In this document: positions 29,564-39,245 of the stretch, one piece after another
Position numbering within the stretch: the first letter of the stretch is position 1
How the letters are laid out: each line of letters starts with the position of its first letter
Virus record (IMG/VR): IMGVR_UViG_3300047552_000351
Location: 1-52,196 of that record
DNA from: a virus
Taxonomy: Duplodnaviria > Caudoviricetes
Reading direction: 5' to 3' (one strand)
DNA length: 52,196 nt
The notes under the pieces: model-generated
Told to the model about the DNA's origin: nothing
What the model saw: only the letters and a program-made list of their open reading frames with translations
The model's database searches: none
Made by a program: the position numbers and the translations under genes

Positions 29564-32028
29564 GTGATGATTACCTCGCGGACGGATATGTTATCAATTA
29601 GGTAATTATTCCCAGATGCGTATGCAACAGTCTTAAAAGCTATAGTGTTACTAACTGCTGTGATTATTATCTGATTTGTTCCGCTGCGTAGCGTAACCGT
29701 ATTATTAGTGTTTAATGCAATGAAAAACGTGCCTGGTGAAGCTATTAAATCTCGAATATCGTATGAGATAATGTAAGTCTTCCCTGATACCGCGCCTATG
29801 TTTTGGTTTATTTCGGATGATCCTGATCCTGTTCCAGTAAATAGTATTCCTCCACCACTTGCTGCCGCAGCCCCTACTAATGTCCACCCCGTCGTTCCGC
29901 TACTGAAATTTCCATTCGTCACCAAATCCGGCCCAAGCTGATAAGTCCTGCCGCGCTTACCGTCGAGATACTTGATAATCTTCGCGTCGTTTGCAGACGG
30001 CGCTTTCAGCACGACCCGCCCGTAATCGTACTTCGGTGTCGTGTAGTTAGTTGCGCCCGAAAGGATCAGATTGGAATCTTTCGTGGTGTAGTCGCCTGAT
30101 GCGGTGTAGATGACGCCTGTTGACGTGAGGTTTGTTGCCCAAGTCACCGGCAGGTTGTCATCACTCAAATCCCTTTCTAGATACCACTTCCCATTCCCGT
30201 CGAGCCGCAGCGTCGGGCGTGCTGCGTCGGAGGGCGCGGTGGCGTGGTAGCCGGGGATTTCTTTTGCACTTACATTATCGTATACATGAGTGTGCGTATA
30301 CGCTGGCCCATAGAAGTTTAGCCATGTCGTGCTTGATGCTGCGCGCACGATATACCGCGACGTTCCGTTGTTTATTGTCTGATCAGGTAGCACATCTGTT
30401 CCACCTGCCGTTGTGCCCATGTTAAAACCGGAGGCCGCTAAGGTATATCCGGTGACATTAAAAGAAACGCCGTAACAACGCCCTGCGACCGTCTGGAACG
30501 AAACACGCATTCTAGCGGTCCCAGAAGACGTTCGTGCTAATACGCCCGTGCCATCAGAGGATGTAAACGTTGCTGGTGCCGTGCTTGCATCCGTCCAGCC
30601 GGTCGTTCCATTACTGAAGTCGCCATTCGTCACCAACTCTGGTCCCAGCGCCAGACCTTCACTCTGATCCAGCATCACCCGAACCGGATCATCCGGCCCA
30701 TACGTCGCCACAGACCCTGCTGCGTCGGAGTACATGCTGATCGGGTAGCCTGCGGCGAGGGCGAGTGCGGTGTAGGTTGCGGCCCAGGAGGTGCCGACTT
30801 CCTGGTACGGAGTGGCTAAAGCTGCTCCAAGTACAGGTGATGAAAACGTAACATTAGCCGTATCGTTACTTGCTGTACCGACACCAAACCTAAACACTGT
30901 AGAAGTCGAATTCGTAGTAATCGCAATCCCTAAAACATGCGTCCCCGTAATTACAGTAGAGGCTGATGATACTGATCCGTCTAAATAATAGTTAGCGACG
31001 GCCCCGCCTGCTGATGTGTAATAAATTAAATTGTTTAGTACAGGAGAGCCACTGTTAACAGTGACGGTTATGTAAAAATAATAAGTGTATCCGGCTGCCG
31101 TTGTTACTGCTTGATTAGCAAAATGTCTAGCAGCTGTTGCGCTATATGTAATAGCCCCTGATCCTGGTATTTCGGTCGTCCCGCCGCTGCTGCCATACGG
31201 CCAGGATGTCGGCGCGGTTCCCGGAGTACCCGCGACTGCTCCTGAAAACGTCGTATTGAGCAGCATATTCCGCCGCAACCACGGTACATTCTTCTGTGCT
31301 GCCCAGGCGTACTGTTCGGTCGTCCAGTCGGTGACGCGCTGGTAGGATTGGTCGGTTGTGGAGGCGAGAGCGTGCATAGGAAAGCACACATAAATCCCTT
31401 TTGTGCCGTCACTTGTTGACGAAGTTGAGTTCCAAACCCACAACACTATGTAATACGTTGTGGCTGTTGGCACGTTAAAACTTAGTTTTACCTGATAGTA
31501 TCCAGTCGCGCCTATTGCTGTTATGGTTTGCGTGGCGCTCGTAGTAGATGTGATTTCCGAGCCGTTACTGATATTTATCAGTCCACTTGAATAACTCACA
31601 CTACCAGCAGACGATGACGTGCCTATCCTAATTTGTACCCCGTTATATTCTCCCGACTTTAGATTAAAATATAAGTTGTGAGACCCAGCGGAAAAGGATT
31701 GCGAGTAAGACAAAACGTACCCGTTAGCGTAGTAATAGTTCCCGGCCCCCGCGCCACCAGATGTAAGCGCGACTCCGTTAGGGACTGCTAACTTAAACGC
31801 TTTAGTTCCTGAAACGCTATCTGTTTGACCAGACGTAATAGTTAAGTCGCTAGTATGTGCATTCCACGCAGCGTTCGACAAATCCTCCGTATACGTCAGC
31901 AGATTCCTTCGCGGCAAGAAATCCGCAGCGCCCCAGATTGCGGACGGGTCTTGGATCAGGGCGCAGTTGGAATCCTTGACCAGCGTCTTGAGGCTGAATG
32001 GGGGCTTTACTCTTCGAAATAGTGCCAT
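29560..32028 (-). CDS. modular virion protein with four carbohydrate-binding-like inserts (head spike/fibre-like)
   Basis: Two RRN(L/M)L modules and two GP(E/D)LVTNG(D/N)FS.GTTGWT modules within a scaffold. Confidence 0.7.
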   Translation of the reverse strand: MALFRRVKPPFSLKTLVKDSNCALIQDPSAIWGAADFLPRRNLLTYTEDLSNAAWNAHTSDLTITSGQTDSVSGTKAFKLAVPNGVALTSGGAGAGNYYYANGYVLSYSQSFSAGSHNLYFNLKSGEYNGVQIRIGTSSSAGSVSYSSGLINISNGSEITSTTSATQTITAIGATGYYQVKLSFNVPTATTYYIVLWVWNSTSSTSDGTKGIYVCFPMHALASTTDQSYQRVTDWTTEQYAWAAQKNVPWLRRNMLLNTTFSGAVAGTPGTAPTSWPYGSSGGTTEIPGSGAITYSATAARHFANQAVTTAAGYTYYFYITVTVNSGSPVLNNLIYYTSAGGAVANYYLDGSVSSASTVITGTHVLGIAITTNSTSTVFRFGVGTASNDTANVTFSSPVLGAALATPYQEVGTSWAATYTALALAAGYPISMYSDAAGSVATYGPDDPVRVMLDQSEGLALGPELVTNGDFSNGTTGWTDASTAPATFTSSDGTGVLARTSSGTARMRVSFQTVAGRCYGVSFNVTGYTLAASGFNMGTTAGGTDVLPDQTINNGTSRYIVRAASSTTWLNFYGPAYTHTHVYDNVSAKEIPGYHATAPSDAARPTLRLDGNGKWYLERDLSDDNLPVTWATNLTSTGVIYTASGDYTTKDSNLILSGATNYTTPKYDYGRVVLKAPSANDAKIIKYLDGKRGRTYQLGPDLVTNGNFSSGTTGWTLVGAAAASGGGILFTGTGSGSSEINQNIGAVSGKTYIISYDIRDLIASPGTFFIALNTNNTVTLRSGTNQIIITAVSNTIAFKTVAYASGNNYLIDNISVREVIIT

Positions 32029-32039
32029 TGCCGTTAGTC

Positions 32040-32645
32040 CTAGTTATTCTCAGCCATCAGCGCAACCCAGATGTTGTGGTTCGCAGTTGGCACAGCTCCG
32101 GTAGCAGTAAGTTCGAGGATTCCATACAGGTTGCGGCTATCCGACGCACACTTAAACGCAAGCGGCAAATCGACCCATAGCGACGCGGAACTATCCGACC
32201 CTGTACCCTCGGTAGTAGTCGCAGGGAAATCGATAAATCCGATTCGTTTGTCGCGGTTAGCGTAAAGCAAAGCAAACGGAGAGTTATCTGCTATCGCAGT
32301 CGGAGCCGTGTGATAGAGGTGCAGGCGGAACGTAGCGCCAAGCATAGCCGTTGCGCTATCTATAAAGATCCGGCCTTTTACGATGTTCCCGCTTCCGCCA
32401 TTGACGCGGGCTATATTCGTAAATGTCAGCACAGTTGGCGTAGACGTGCTGTCAGAAACAACATCTTTCGCGGTATACGCCGTGTTGTTGTTAGGACGCG
32501 CAAAAGTCGCGCTTACTTCGGAAACAGAAAGCCCAACAGTGCCAACAATCGATCCATCTGAATTGACCTGGATCTCGGTTACTGTTCCACCAGATGTTAC
32601 GCCAGCGATTCGCCGGATTCGGTCTGCTTTTGTACGATCAACCAT
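32040..32645 (-). CDS. hypothetical virion protein
   Basis: FARPNNNTAYTAKDVV motif; overlaps the portal stop. Confidence 0.65.
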   Translation of the reverse strand: MVDRTKADRIRRIAGVTSGGTVTEIQVNSDGSIVGTVGLSVSEVSATFARPNNNTAYTAKDVVSDSTSTPTVLTFTNIARVNGGSGNIVKGRIFIDSATAMLGATFRLHLYHTAPTAIADNSPFALLYANRDKRIGFIDFPATTTEGTGSDSSASLWVDLPLAFKCASDSRNLYGILELTATGAVPTANHNIWVALMAENN

Positions 32646-34017
32646 TTTGATTTACCCCGTTAGTTTGGCCGTCGTCCGGCGTTTGTGGCTCTTTCGCATT
32701 GTCGATTGCGTCGATCATGTCGTTGAGTATCGCGTCATCTGAGTTGCTATACTGAAGACCGACAATCGTTTTCTGCTGCTGTTTAATAACTTCTGGGGGC
32801 ATTCCAGAAAGCTGCATCTGTTGGAGGATTGATAGTTCTGTCGATATGTCAGACAGTTCGAAAGACTTCGACCATTCGATCTTGGGCTGATTAGCAACTC
32901 CCAACCATCGGCACACTACGTCCCATGCCCTGCGCTCTAAGTCTTCCATACGCCTTGCGTAAGAAGTTAGCGCTCCGTTCAACTCTTGGAATCGAATAGT
33001 CAACGCAACGCCAGACTCTGCTGCCGTAGGCTCCTCAACGGTCATAGCTATTCGCTTTATGTTGTCCTCAATATTCTGCATTACCTCGCCGTACACCTGT
33101 GCTGGTCCGCTGTCAGGTGCAATAAACGATGGATCGGTGCCTTGGTAAATAAGCATGTTGTGAGTACCAATCGCCTCGGCCACGCTCGCAGCGTCGAATC
33201 CCTGCTGCTCTGGCGGTACTTGGTATGTCAGAAGGCTAAATGTCTGCGATCTTAGGATTTCGTCACGTTCGCTGGCACAATTGAAATATCGACGCGACAG
33301 GTCCGCGATCTGGGAGAAATCACCGTAATACGGAAAGTCGCCAGATTCGGTAAACAGTAATACAGGATTGACTCCAATGGAATACGCCCCTTCGGACAGT
33401 ATGGAGCCAGCCCCGCCGAGCGCACCAGGCCTCTGAATCCACCACTGGTCCTTTGTCCACACGCGCCATATTGGTTCATTGTTTTCGTCATAGTCTGATA
33501 TAGCCACAATATCTAAACGCCCCTGATCGTCTAGCTTGTATTCCATAATTCGTTCTGGTGCAATCATTACGAAGTACGGAACGCTACGGCTTGTCATCTG
33601 TTCGCCTAACGTGTACGGCACCTGTTTCGGCATATCAACCAACAGCAGCATCGATCCGCGCGCTTTGGCCTCGACGCTGAACTGCTGCCAGAATACGTCC
33701 ACGTCATTACCGCGCCAGTCGCAATCGTCCACAACTTTTTGCAGCAGCGGATTATTGATTTCACGCATAGGCGGCTTTTTTGAAAGGTATCCACTAAACC
33801 TCAAACACGCCGGACGCAAGAACGCACGATGCCACGAAACCTGATTACGCCTTGCGAATTTCTCAACAGATTCACGCGGATACCTCACCAGATAAGACGA
33901 GCCATTCAGTACCGGGCTTGATCCATCAGCATTCGTTACAACTTTTGGCGCAAACCCGCCGCACGAATACAATTCGTCTGCGATGAACTTATACCGTGAC
34001 GTGTCTAGAATCTGCAT
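32638..34017 (-). CDS. portal protein
   Basis: 459 aa directly after TerL; YLVRYPRES and AESGVALTIRF motifs (SPP1-like). Confidence 0.9.
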   Translation of the reverse strand: MQILDTSRYKFIADELYSCGGFAPKVVTNADGSSPVLNGSSYLVRYPRESVEKFARRNQVSWHRAFLRPACLRFSGYLSKKPPMREINNPLLQKVVDDCDWRGNDVDVFWQQFSVEAKARGSMLLLVDMPKQVPYTLGEQMTSRSVPYFVMIAPERIMEYKLDDQGRLDIVAISDYDENNEPIWRVWTKDQWWIQRPGALGGAGSILSEGAYSIGVNPVLLFTESGDFPYYGDFSQIADLSRRYFNCASERDEILRSQTFSLLTYQVPPEQQGFDAASVAEAIGTHNMLIYQGTDPSFIAPDSGPAQVYGEVMQNIEDNIKRIAMTVEEPTAAESGVALTIRFQELNGALTSYARRMEDLERRAWDVVCRWLGVANQPKIEWSKSFELSDISTELSILQQMQLSGMPPEVIKQQQKTIVGLQYSNSDDAILNDMIDAIDNAKEPQTPDDGQTNGVNQNG

Positions 34018-35253
34018 CTATAGCGCGCTCGCATTGAATGTTAATTTGCCGCTATACGATGGTTTAATATAACCATCTAGCGCGTATCGGATAGCGTCCA
34101 TGCAATGATTATTCTTGTCTATTATATCACTCAAAATCTCTCCTGTTTTCGAGTCAGTTTTGTACGAGTACAATCGCGCCTCTTCTGCTGTATGCTTGCA
34201 CCGCTCATGAATAACGATTTTATCGAACGAACGCAGAAACGCTATACCGTCTTCAACGCTACCTGACCACTTGCGCGCTGCGGCTATATTGAATCCGCGC
34301 CTTCGCATGAATGAGATTGTTTCAGGTCTAGCTGAATCCGCCTTGATTGGCCATCGTTCAATTTCTGGAACGCGCATAAACATTGACGGCAAGTCCTCAA
34401 GTTCGACGCCAATACCCCATGCTTCGCGATCTATAAACAAGCATCTATCCTTGATGTAACAGCGCACAACTGCGCTTGGGTCTTGACTAAAGCCCCAATC
34501 TGCGCCGATGAATATGCGCCCCGCATCGCTTGGCGTGTCAAACTGATCTATGATGTACTTGCCTTTAAGCACCTGAGCATCGGTATGCTTTCGGCACTCG
34601 CCTAACCATACGTGAGCGTATGAGTCTGGATCGGTGCGCTGCATCCATGCTCGCTCTGTTTCTAGCGATGTCTCGCTAAACCATGGATTCTCATCGTAGT
34701 TTACTTTGCGCACGACTGACCCAGGGGGAGGATCAAGAGCAAGTGTATAGATTGGGTCCGTTTCCTGGTCTGGGTTAAACGTTGCCCAGATTTCAGCGTT
34801 CTTTTTGCGAATCGTTGGCGTTAGCGTCTGAAGGCTGCGAGACGATACTGTTTGTGCTTCTTCCAGCCAGCATATATCTACGCCTTCCAGTGATTTAAGG
34901 GCGCTGGCATCATTAGACATGCCACGCAAGCCCTTAAACATGATCTCTGCGCCAGCACGGCTGTAGATGCGCTGCGACTGCACGTCGAACACAGACGAAA
35001 GGCCCAAAACCTTTATCTGGTCGCTTAAGAGCGTATAAACGGAGTCATTGATACTGTTCTGTAGCTCACGCGCACAAAGCGCCCTTACGGGCCTTACAGA
35101 GGACCTTACTACCAGCATTCGAGCGAATGTATATGACTTGCCGCTACCTCTCCCGCCGTAGGCTATCTTGTATCGCGTGCCTGGACGTGACGGTAGGAAT
35201 TCAAGCGCCCATGGCGCGAATATAGAATCACCAGCCGAGTTTTTCGATGTCAA
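34018..35253 (-). CDS. terL: terminase large subunit (PBSX family)
   Basis: GGRGSGKS, WLEEAQ, TFNP, GADWGFSQDP, NHCMDAIRYA. Confidence 0.96.
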   Translation of the reverse strand: MTSKNSAGDSIFAPWALEFLPSRPGTRYKIAYGGRGSGKSYTFARMLVVRSSVRPVRALCARELQNSINDSVYTLLSDQIKVLGLSSVFDVQSQRIYSRAGAEIMFKGLRGMSNDASALKSLEGVDICWLEEAQTVSSRSLQTLTPTIRKKNAEIWATFNPDQETDPIYTLALDPPPGSVVRKVNYDENPWFSETSLETERAWMQRTDPDSYAHVWLGECRKHTDAQVLKGKYIIDQFDTPSDAGRIFIGADWGFSQDPSAVVRCYIKDRCLFIDREAWGIGVELEDLPSMFMRVPEIERWPIKADSARPETISFMRRRGFNIAAARKWSGSVEDGIAFLRSFDKIVIHERCKHTAEEARLYSYKTDSKTGEILSDIIDKNNHCMDAIRYALDGYIKPSYSGKLTFNASAL

Positions 35254-35653
35254 TCGGATCGCCGTTTATGTTGAGCTGGACCGGCCCACCACCCGGACCA
35301 GACACTTCGACTTGATCGATAAACGCGCGCGTTGACTTGCCTAGCAGCTCTGCCGCCTTGAGCCTGTCGCGCATCGATGTCGGGCGGTCGCCGTCCATTT
35401 CCTCGCCGTTTGCAACGCGAGTCCAGAACTCGCGCAGTTCTGCGACGGTCATAATCGTGCGCTTTTCCTGCTTCGCATTAAGCATCTCAAGCTGTTCTTT
35501 CACATAGGGTAATTTTAGGAGGTCGGTTGCCGTTGTATGGGCAGACTTTGGCGAATAGCCAGCATCGATAGCTGACTGGCGAGCGTTCATAGTTTCGAAG
35601 TATCGGAGCGCGAACTTTCTGTATCGTTGGCGCGCGCCTTTAGTATCTGACAT
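35228..35653 (-). CDS. terS: terminase small subunit
   Basis: NARQSAIDAGYSPKSA...DRLKAAELLGK. Confidence 0.92.
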   Translation of the reverse strand: MSDTKGARQRYRKFALRYFETMNARQSAIDAGYSPKSAHTTATDLLKLPYVKEQLEMLNAKQEKRTIMTVAELREFWTRVANGEEMDGDRPTSMRDRLKAAELLGKSTRAFIDQVEVSGPGGGPVQLNINGDPIDIEKLGW

Positions 35654-35988
35654 TAGAAATGCTTTATAAAGCCTACGTTTTCCAGAAGGGTTAAAATGCC
35701 AATGATCGTACCGATTGCGATTGAAGATCCTTTAACCATAGTTTGAACGCGGGTAATCTTCTCCATGATACGCTGCTCCTTTTCGCTGTCCCTATCAACG
35801 TGCTTTGATAGTGCGCTCATCCACTTTTCATGGGTAGAATCAAGCTTATACGCTATCGTCTCAAAGCCACGATCTAGCCTATCAGATAGCAACGCGACCT
35901 GTGCGCCTAGATTTGACACATCGCGCTCCGTTCTATCTGTTTTTGCTTCCAAGACCGCTAACCGTGTTGGGATACTATCATCGCTCAT
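35653..35988 (-). CDS. coiled-coil protein with a C-terminal TM helix (holin/antiholin-like)
   Basis: RLAVLE coiled coil followed by a hydrophobic C-terminus. Confidence 0.6.
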   Translation of the reverse strand: MSDDSIPTRLAVLEAKTDRTERDVSNLGAQVALLSDRLDRGFETIAYKLDSTHEKWMSALSKHVDRDSEKEQRIMEKITRVQTMVKGSSIAIGTIIGILTLLENVGFIKHF

Positions 35989-36107
35989 TGCCGCGCCTTA
36001 TGTTATAGAATAGACCAATTGACCGGAAAGCCCCCAACACCGCCGGATAAACCTATAGATAGTATAACACATGATATAATGGTACCGAATAACTATGGAG
36101 AAATCCG
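35989..36107. promoter_or_regulatory. divergent promoter region
   Basis: Non-coding gap between divergent genes, with TGATATAAT and a GGAG RBS on +. Confidence 0.45.
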
Positions 36108-36395
36108 ATGGGCGTTTATAACAAATTCAACGCAGCGTTGGAGGCGTTGCAGGCTGGAAAGGAATTAGCTAAAGCCGAAACGTGGGCAAATCGTGCCAAT
36201 CTAGTTGCGTTGCTTACTGTTCTAATCACATCATGCATCGGATTGGCGCGTGAGTTTGGGTACGACCTACACGTGACTGGCGTCGATATCGCACAGGTTG
36301 CGTTAGGATTTGCGACTGTTGGACAAATCGTATCTTCACTAATCCATACTGCGGCGAACGAAAAGGCGCAGTTAGTTCCCAAGAAACGAAAATGA
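36108..36395 (+). CDS. putative holin (2 TM)
   Basis: Two hydrophobic segments and a basic C-terminus PKKRK. Confidence 0.6.
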   Translation: MGVYNKFNAALEALQAGKELAKAETWANRANLVALLTVLITSCIGLAREFGYDLHVTGVDIAQVALGFATVGQIVSSLIHTAANEKAQLVPKKRK

Positions 36396-36547
36396 CAACC
36401 GTTGACGATTATGTAGAGTCGATGCCGGATTACGACAACTTCGACTTTATGTATCGAAAGCTATACAAAGTATTGGAAGACGAGAAGAAAAAAACAGAGT
36501 CAATCGAACTTATTAAACTTCGAGGTAACAAATGCAAAACGCGATAG
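36392..36547 (+). CDS. small hypothetical protein (51 aa)
   Basis: Hand-translated; ATGA overlap. Confidence 0.45.
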   Translation: MTTVDDYVESMPDYDNFDFMYRKLYKVLEDEKKKTESIELIKLRGNKCKTR

Positions 36548-36771
36548 TAGTTGCGGCTATTCAGATGGTCGCCCGTCTTATTCTTGGTTCCGACGTATTC
36601 GGTCGCATCCTTATGACTGTCGAGCGATGGGCTCAGAAGAAGATCGAAGGCGCAGAGAAGCGCGCTGGCGTACTGGATGAACTGGAAGTCATCGGACTGA
36701 AGCTGGCCGAGTCTGCCGCACGTCTTGGTGTAGAGTTGGCTGTTCAAGTAGTCAAGCGCAAGGCCGAATGA
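36532..36771 (+). CDS. hypothetical protein, possibly membrane/lysis-associated
   Basis: GAGG RBS; hydrophobic N-terminus; GAEKR motif as in some holins. Confidence 0.6.
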   Translation: MQNAIVVAAIQMVARLILGSDVFGRILMTVERWAQKKIEGAEKRAGVLDELEVIGLKLAESAARLGVELAVQVVKRKAE

Positions 36772-36772
36772 T

Positions 36773-36895
36773 GTGAACGAAAAGCCGCATGGCGAGACTT
36801 GGAAGTCAAGACTATTTCCAGTTCTCGCCTTTGTGGTTTGGTATATCGTATGGGCACTCATCATGCCAGTCACCGTATATTATTTTAGGCTATGA
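36773..36895 (+). CDS. small 40 aa single-TM protein
   Basis: Hand-translated MNEKPHGETWKSRLFPVLAFVVWYIVWALIMP...; stop overlaps the next ATG. Confidence 0.45.
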   Translation: MNEKPHGETWKSRLFPVLAFVVWYIVWALIMPVTVYYFRL

Positions 36896-38121
36896 TTCAC
36901 CCCGATGTAGAACAAGAAGTTCTCGCCCGCTACTCACTACAAATACGACAAGCCGCGTTCGCTGCATACGACCGGATCATTCAGGCTATTATTTCTGGTC
37001 AAGACGCACGCGGAGCGATATCTAACGAACTAATAAACGCTGCGATTTCAAAGTCTACTGGAGAATTCGAACGTGACTTCTACGAATCGTTCTCGTCTGC
37101 ACTGAGCGAAGTTCTTTCGCGCTCAATTGGATCTGAGCAAGTCAATAATCTTGCTGTTGGTGAAACCACGCTAAGCAACTCGCTGTACCACAGCCTATAC
37201 GAAGTCCAGGCTACGACCAAGGCGGCGCTGCAACTGCATGTTGCTGGAGTCATGCAAGCGCGTGGTTTAGCTCTGGCGCTGTACAGTGGTTATGGTATCG
37301 AAGCGCAGGAAGGACGAGATCCGATACTCAGTATCGTAGGAAAGATGGGTGGCTTTCGCGCACCTGGCAACCCGTCGTATATGGCTGGCCCGTGGGGACA
37401 CTTGAACGATGAGCAATTGCTAACACGAGTCCGTTCTGTACTCCGCACCAATCATCCACGACGCGAATTCATGGCACTGCATGAGATCATGCGAGATCCG
37501 TTCGCCAAAGCAAACTTGGAACGCATCTACAAATCAATCCAGGCCGGCGGACTCAAGACACCCGCACTACGAGCGGCATACTTACAGCGCATTACCGCAT
37601 GGGCAACGCATGATGCTGGGCGCGTTCGAGACAACGCAGTGCGTGTAGCGTACGAGGAAAAGTGCCGTTACTTCGCAAATCGGATTGGACTAACTGAGCT
37701 TCACAAATCATATAGCGAAGCATTGGCGCGTGACTACTCGGATGATGAATCAATCAAGTATGTTCAGGTTCGAGCGGCTCCGGGCCATGTCATAGACGTG
37801 TGCGATATCCACCTACAGGCTAACCCAACAGGTCTTGGAAAGGGAATCTATCTTAAAGGCAAGTGCCCTGTTCCCCCCTACCATCCGCACTGTTTTTGTA
37901 AGATGCTTAACCGCGAAGATGTCGAACTCGACAAGCCAGGACAACGCTCGTCATCGCGCGATTTCCTGAACTCTCTGGACGAAAAAGAAGCGGCCCGCGT
38001 TGTAGGTAGTCGTGCAAAGCTTGCACGAGTCCAATCAGGCGAGCCGATAATGGAGGTATTGAACGAAGGAAAGCCGGATGCTTATAAGACGAAGACTATC
38101 AAGCAACTCATTGAATCTTAA
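36892..38121 (+). CDS. minor head / head morphogenesis protein (Mu gpF / SPP1 gp7-like)
   Basis: RIGLTE...DVCD...GKGIY...PPYHPHCFC. Confidence 0.75.
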   Translation: MIHPDVEQEVLARYSLQIRQAAFAAYDRIIQAIISGQDARGAISNELINAAISKSTGEFERDFYESFSSALSEVLSRSIGSEQVNNLAVGETTLSNSLYHSLYEVQATTKAALQLHVAGVMQARGLALALYSGYGIEAQEGRDPILSIVGKMGGFRAPGNPSYMAGPWGHLNDEQLLTRVRSVLRTNHPRREFMALHEIMRDPFAKANLERIYKSIQAGGLKTPALRAAYLQRITAWATHDAGRVRDNAVRVAYEEKCRYFANRIGLTELHKSYSEALARDYSDDESIKYVQVRAAPGHVIDVCDIHLQANPTGLGKGIYLKGKCPVPPYHPHCFCKMLNREDVELDKPGQRSSSRDFLNSLDEKEAARVVGSRAKLARVQSGEPIMEVLNEGKPDAYKTKTIKQLIES

Positions 38122-38635
38122 ACCGTACTTTAGGCAACTCTGCGCAACTTACTGGTGCAAAGTTGAACAGCCCAACACCATCGTTTCCGCGAGGCACTTT
38201 CTTACCGTCAATAGTTGGCTGATACATCTTGTTGTCGTTAGCCGTTTCAACCTGCCCAACGCTTCCATCTGTCGGCAAGGTAATATGCCGCATAATGTTG
38301 TAATACGGTTGCGGAGGATCGATCCACGGTTGCGTGAACTGGCGAAGAATGCCGGTGATTGAAATCACGCGATTGTATCCAATCGTCAGCTCCGTTCCTG
38401 TCATTGGTGCAATGTCACCAATTGGATTATAGACGTACCCGTTAACCTGTCGAATCGACTCCGACCCAGGTATGCGCGTGAAAATCAGCGCATAGTATCG
38501 CCCGCTATACTCGTGAACCGAAGTCTCGCCGTCTTTATAGTGTGTGAAGCACTCCAGTTCTGACTGGTCGTTAGCCTCGAATCCTGAAGCCGTGCTAGTC
38601 GCCAGAAGAATAAACAAAACCCATAATGCGTTCAT
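38108..38635 (-). CDS. exported protein of unknown function
   Basis: Signal peptide MNALWVLFILLATSTASG. Confidence 0.65.
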   Translation of the reverse strand: MNALWVLFILLATSTASGFEANDQSELECFTHYKDGETSVHEYSGRYYALIFTRIPGSESIRQVNGYVYNPIGDIAPMTGTELTIGYNRVISITGILRQFTQPWIDPPQPYYNIMRHITLPTDGSVGQVETANDNKMYQPTIDGKKVPRGNDGVGLFNFAPVSCAELPKVRFKIQ

Positions 38636-38639
38636 TTCA

Positions 38640-38855
38640 TCACCTATTTGCTAATCGTCCGAGAAGCTCTGCAACTCGACGTTTTACGTCGTTTGCCACA
38701 TCTTCGGGTGCCATCCCGAAATCGTCTGCTATTCGCCTGATGTGCTTGTATGTACCAAGAACCTTCAAAAGGTTGTTACCCCTTAACACTCCTTGCGCAA
38801 CGATGCGCTTTATTCGTGTTTCGTAACTTTCCTGTTGTTCTTCCCATCTAGCCAT
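38640..38855 (-). CDS. hypothetical protein
   Basis: ORF starting MARWEEQQ. Confidence 0.55.
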   Translation of the reverse strand: MARWEEQQESYETRIKRIVAQGVLRGNNLLKVLGTYKHIRRIADDFGMAPEDVANDVKRRVAELLGRLANR

Positions 38856-38964
38856 AGATAAGCGGCCCAAGGAGTCCAACAGCGATGATCACTGAAACGA
38901 TCCAGAACACGCACAGCGTTGCAATCAGCTTCAACCCGTCCTTTTCTCTAGCTGTCAGTTTCAT
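38848..38964 (-). CDS. small single-TM protein (38 aa)
   Basis: Hand-translated MKLTAREKDGLKLIATLCVFWIVSVIIAVGLLGPLIYG; GGAG RBS. Confidence 0.45.
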   Translation of the reverse strand: MKLTAREKDGLKLIATLCVFWIVSVIIAVGLLGPLIYG

Positions 38965-39046
38965 CACATGCTCCGAGTTCTTCTATTAGTTCGTCAACTT
39001 CCTGCTGCGACAGGAATTCAAGTTCGTACACGTTTTCGTCGTCCAT
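38948..39046 (-). CDS. very acidic 32 aa peptide
   Basis: Hand-translated MDDENVYELEFLSQQEVDELIEELGACDETDS; GAGG RBS. Confidence 0.45.
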   Translation of the reverse strand: MDDENVYELEFLSQQEVDELIEELGACDETDS

Positions 39047-39047
39047 C

Positions 39048-39182
39048 TTAGTACGTCCTCACTTCGTAATAGTTCGCATGCGCAACCCATAAGACATCAG
39101 TTTCGAACCCTTCACGCTCAAGCTCTGCTGCCTTGTCTTGCGCTTCGCCAAGCGTACCGAATACGTAAGTTGTTGCGTCCAC
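39048..39182 (-). CDS. small hypothetical protein (44 aa)
   Basis: AGGAG RBS followed by GTG; hand-translated MDATTYVFGTLGEAQ... Confidence 0.5.
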   Translation of the reverse strand: MDATTYVFGTLGEAQDKAAELEREGFETDVLWVAHANYYEVRTY

Positions 39183-39245
39183 TGAATTTCTCCTGAAGTA
39201 CGGCTATAGTATTTCAGAAGTTGCGCAAGATGTACAATAAAAATT

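Noticed and set aside
25237-32028. Diversity-generating retroelement suggested by the Mtd_N-like domain and variable modules
   Set aside because: No reverse transcriptase ORF and no TR/VR pair differing at adenines was seen in the window.
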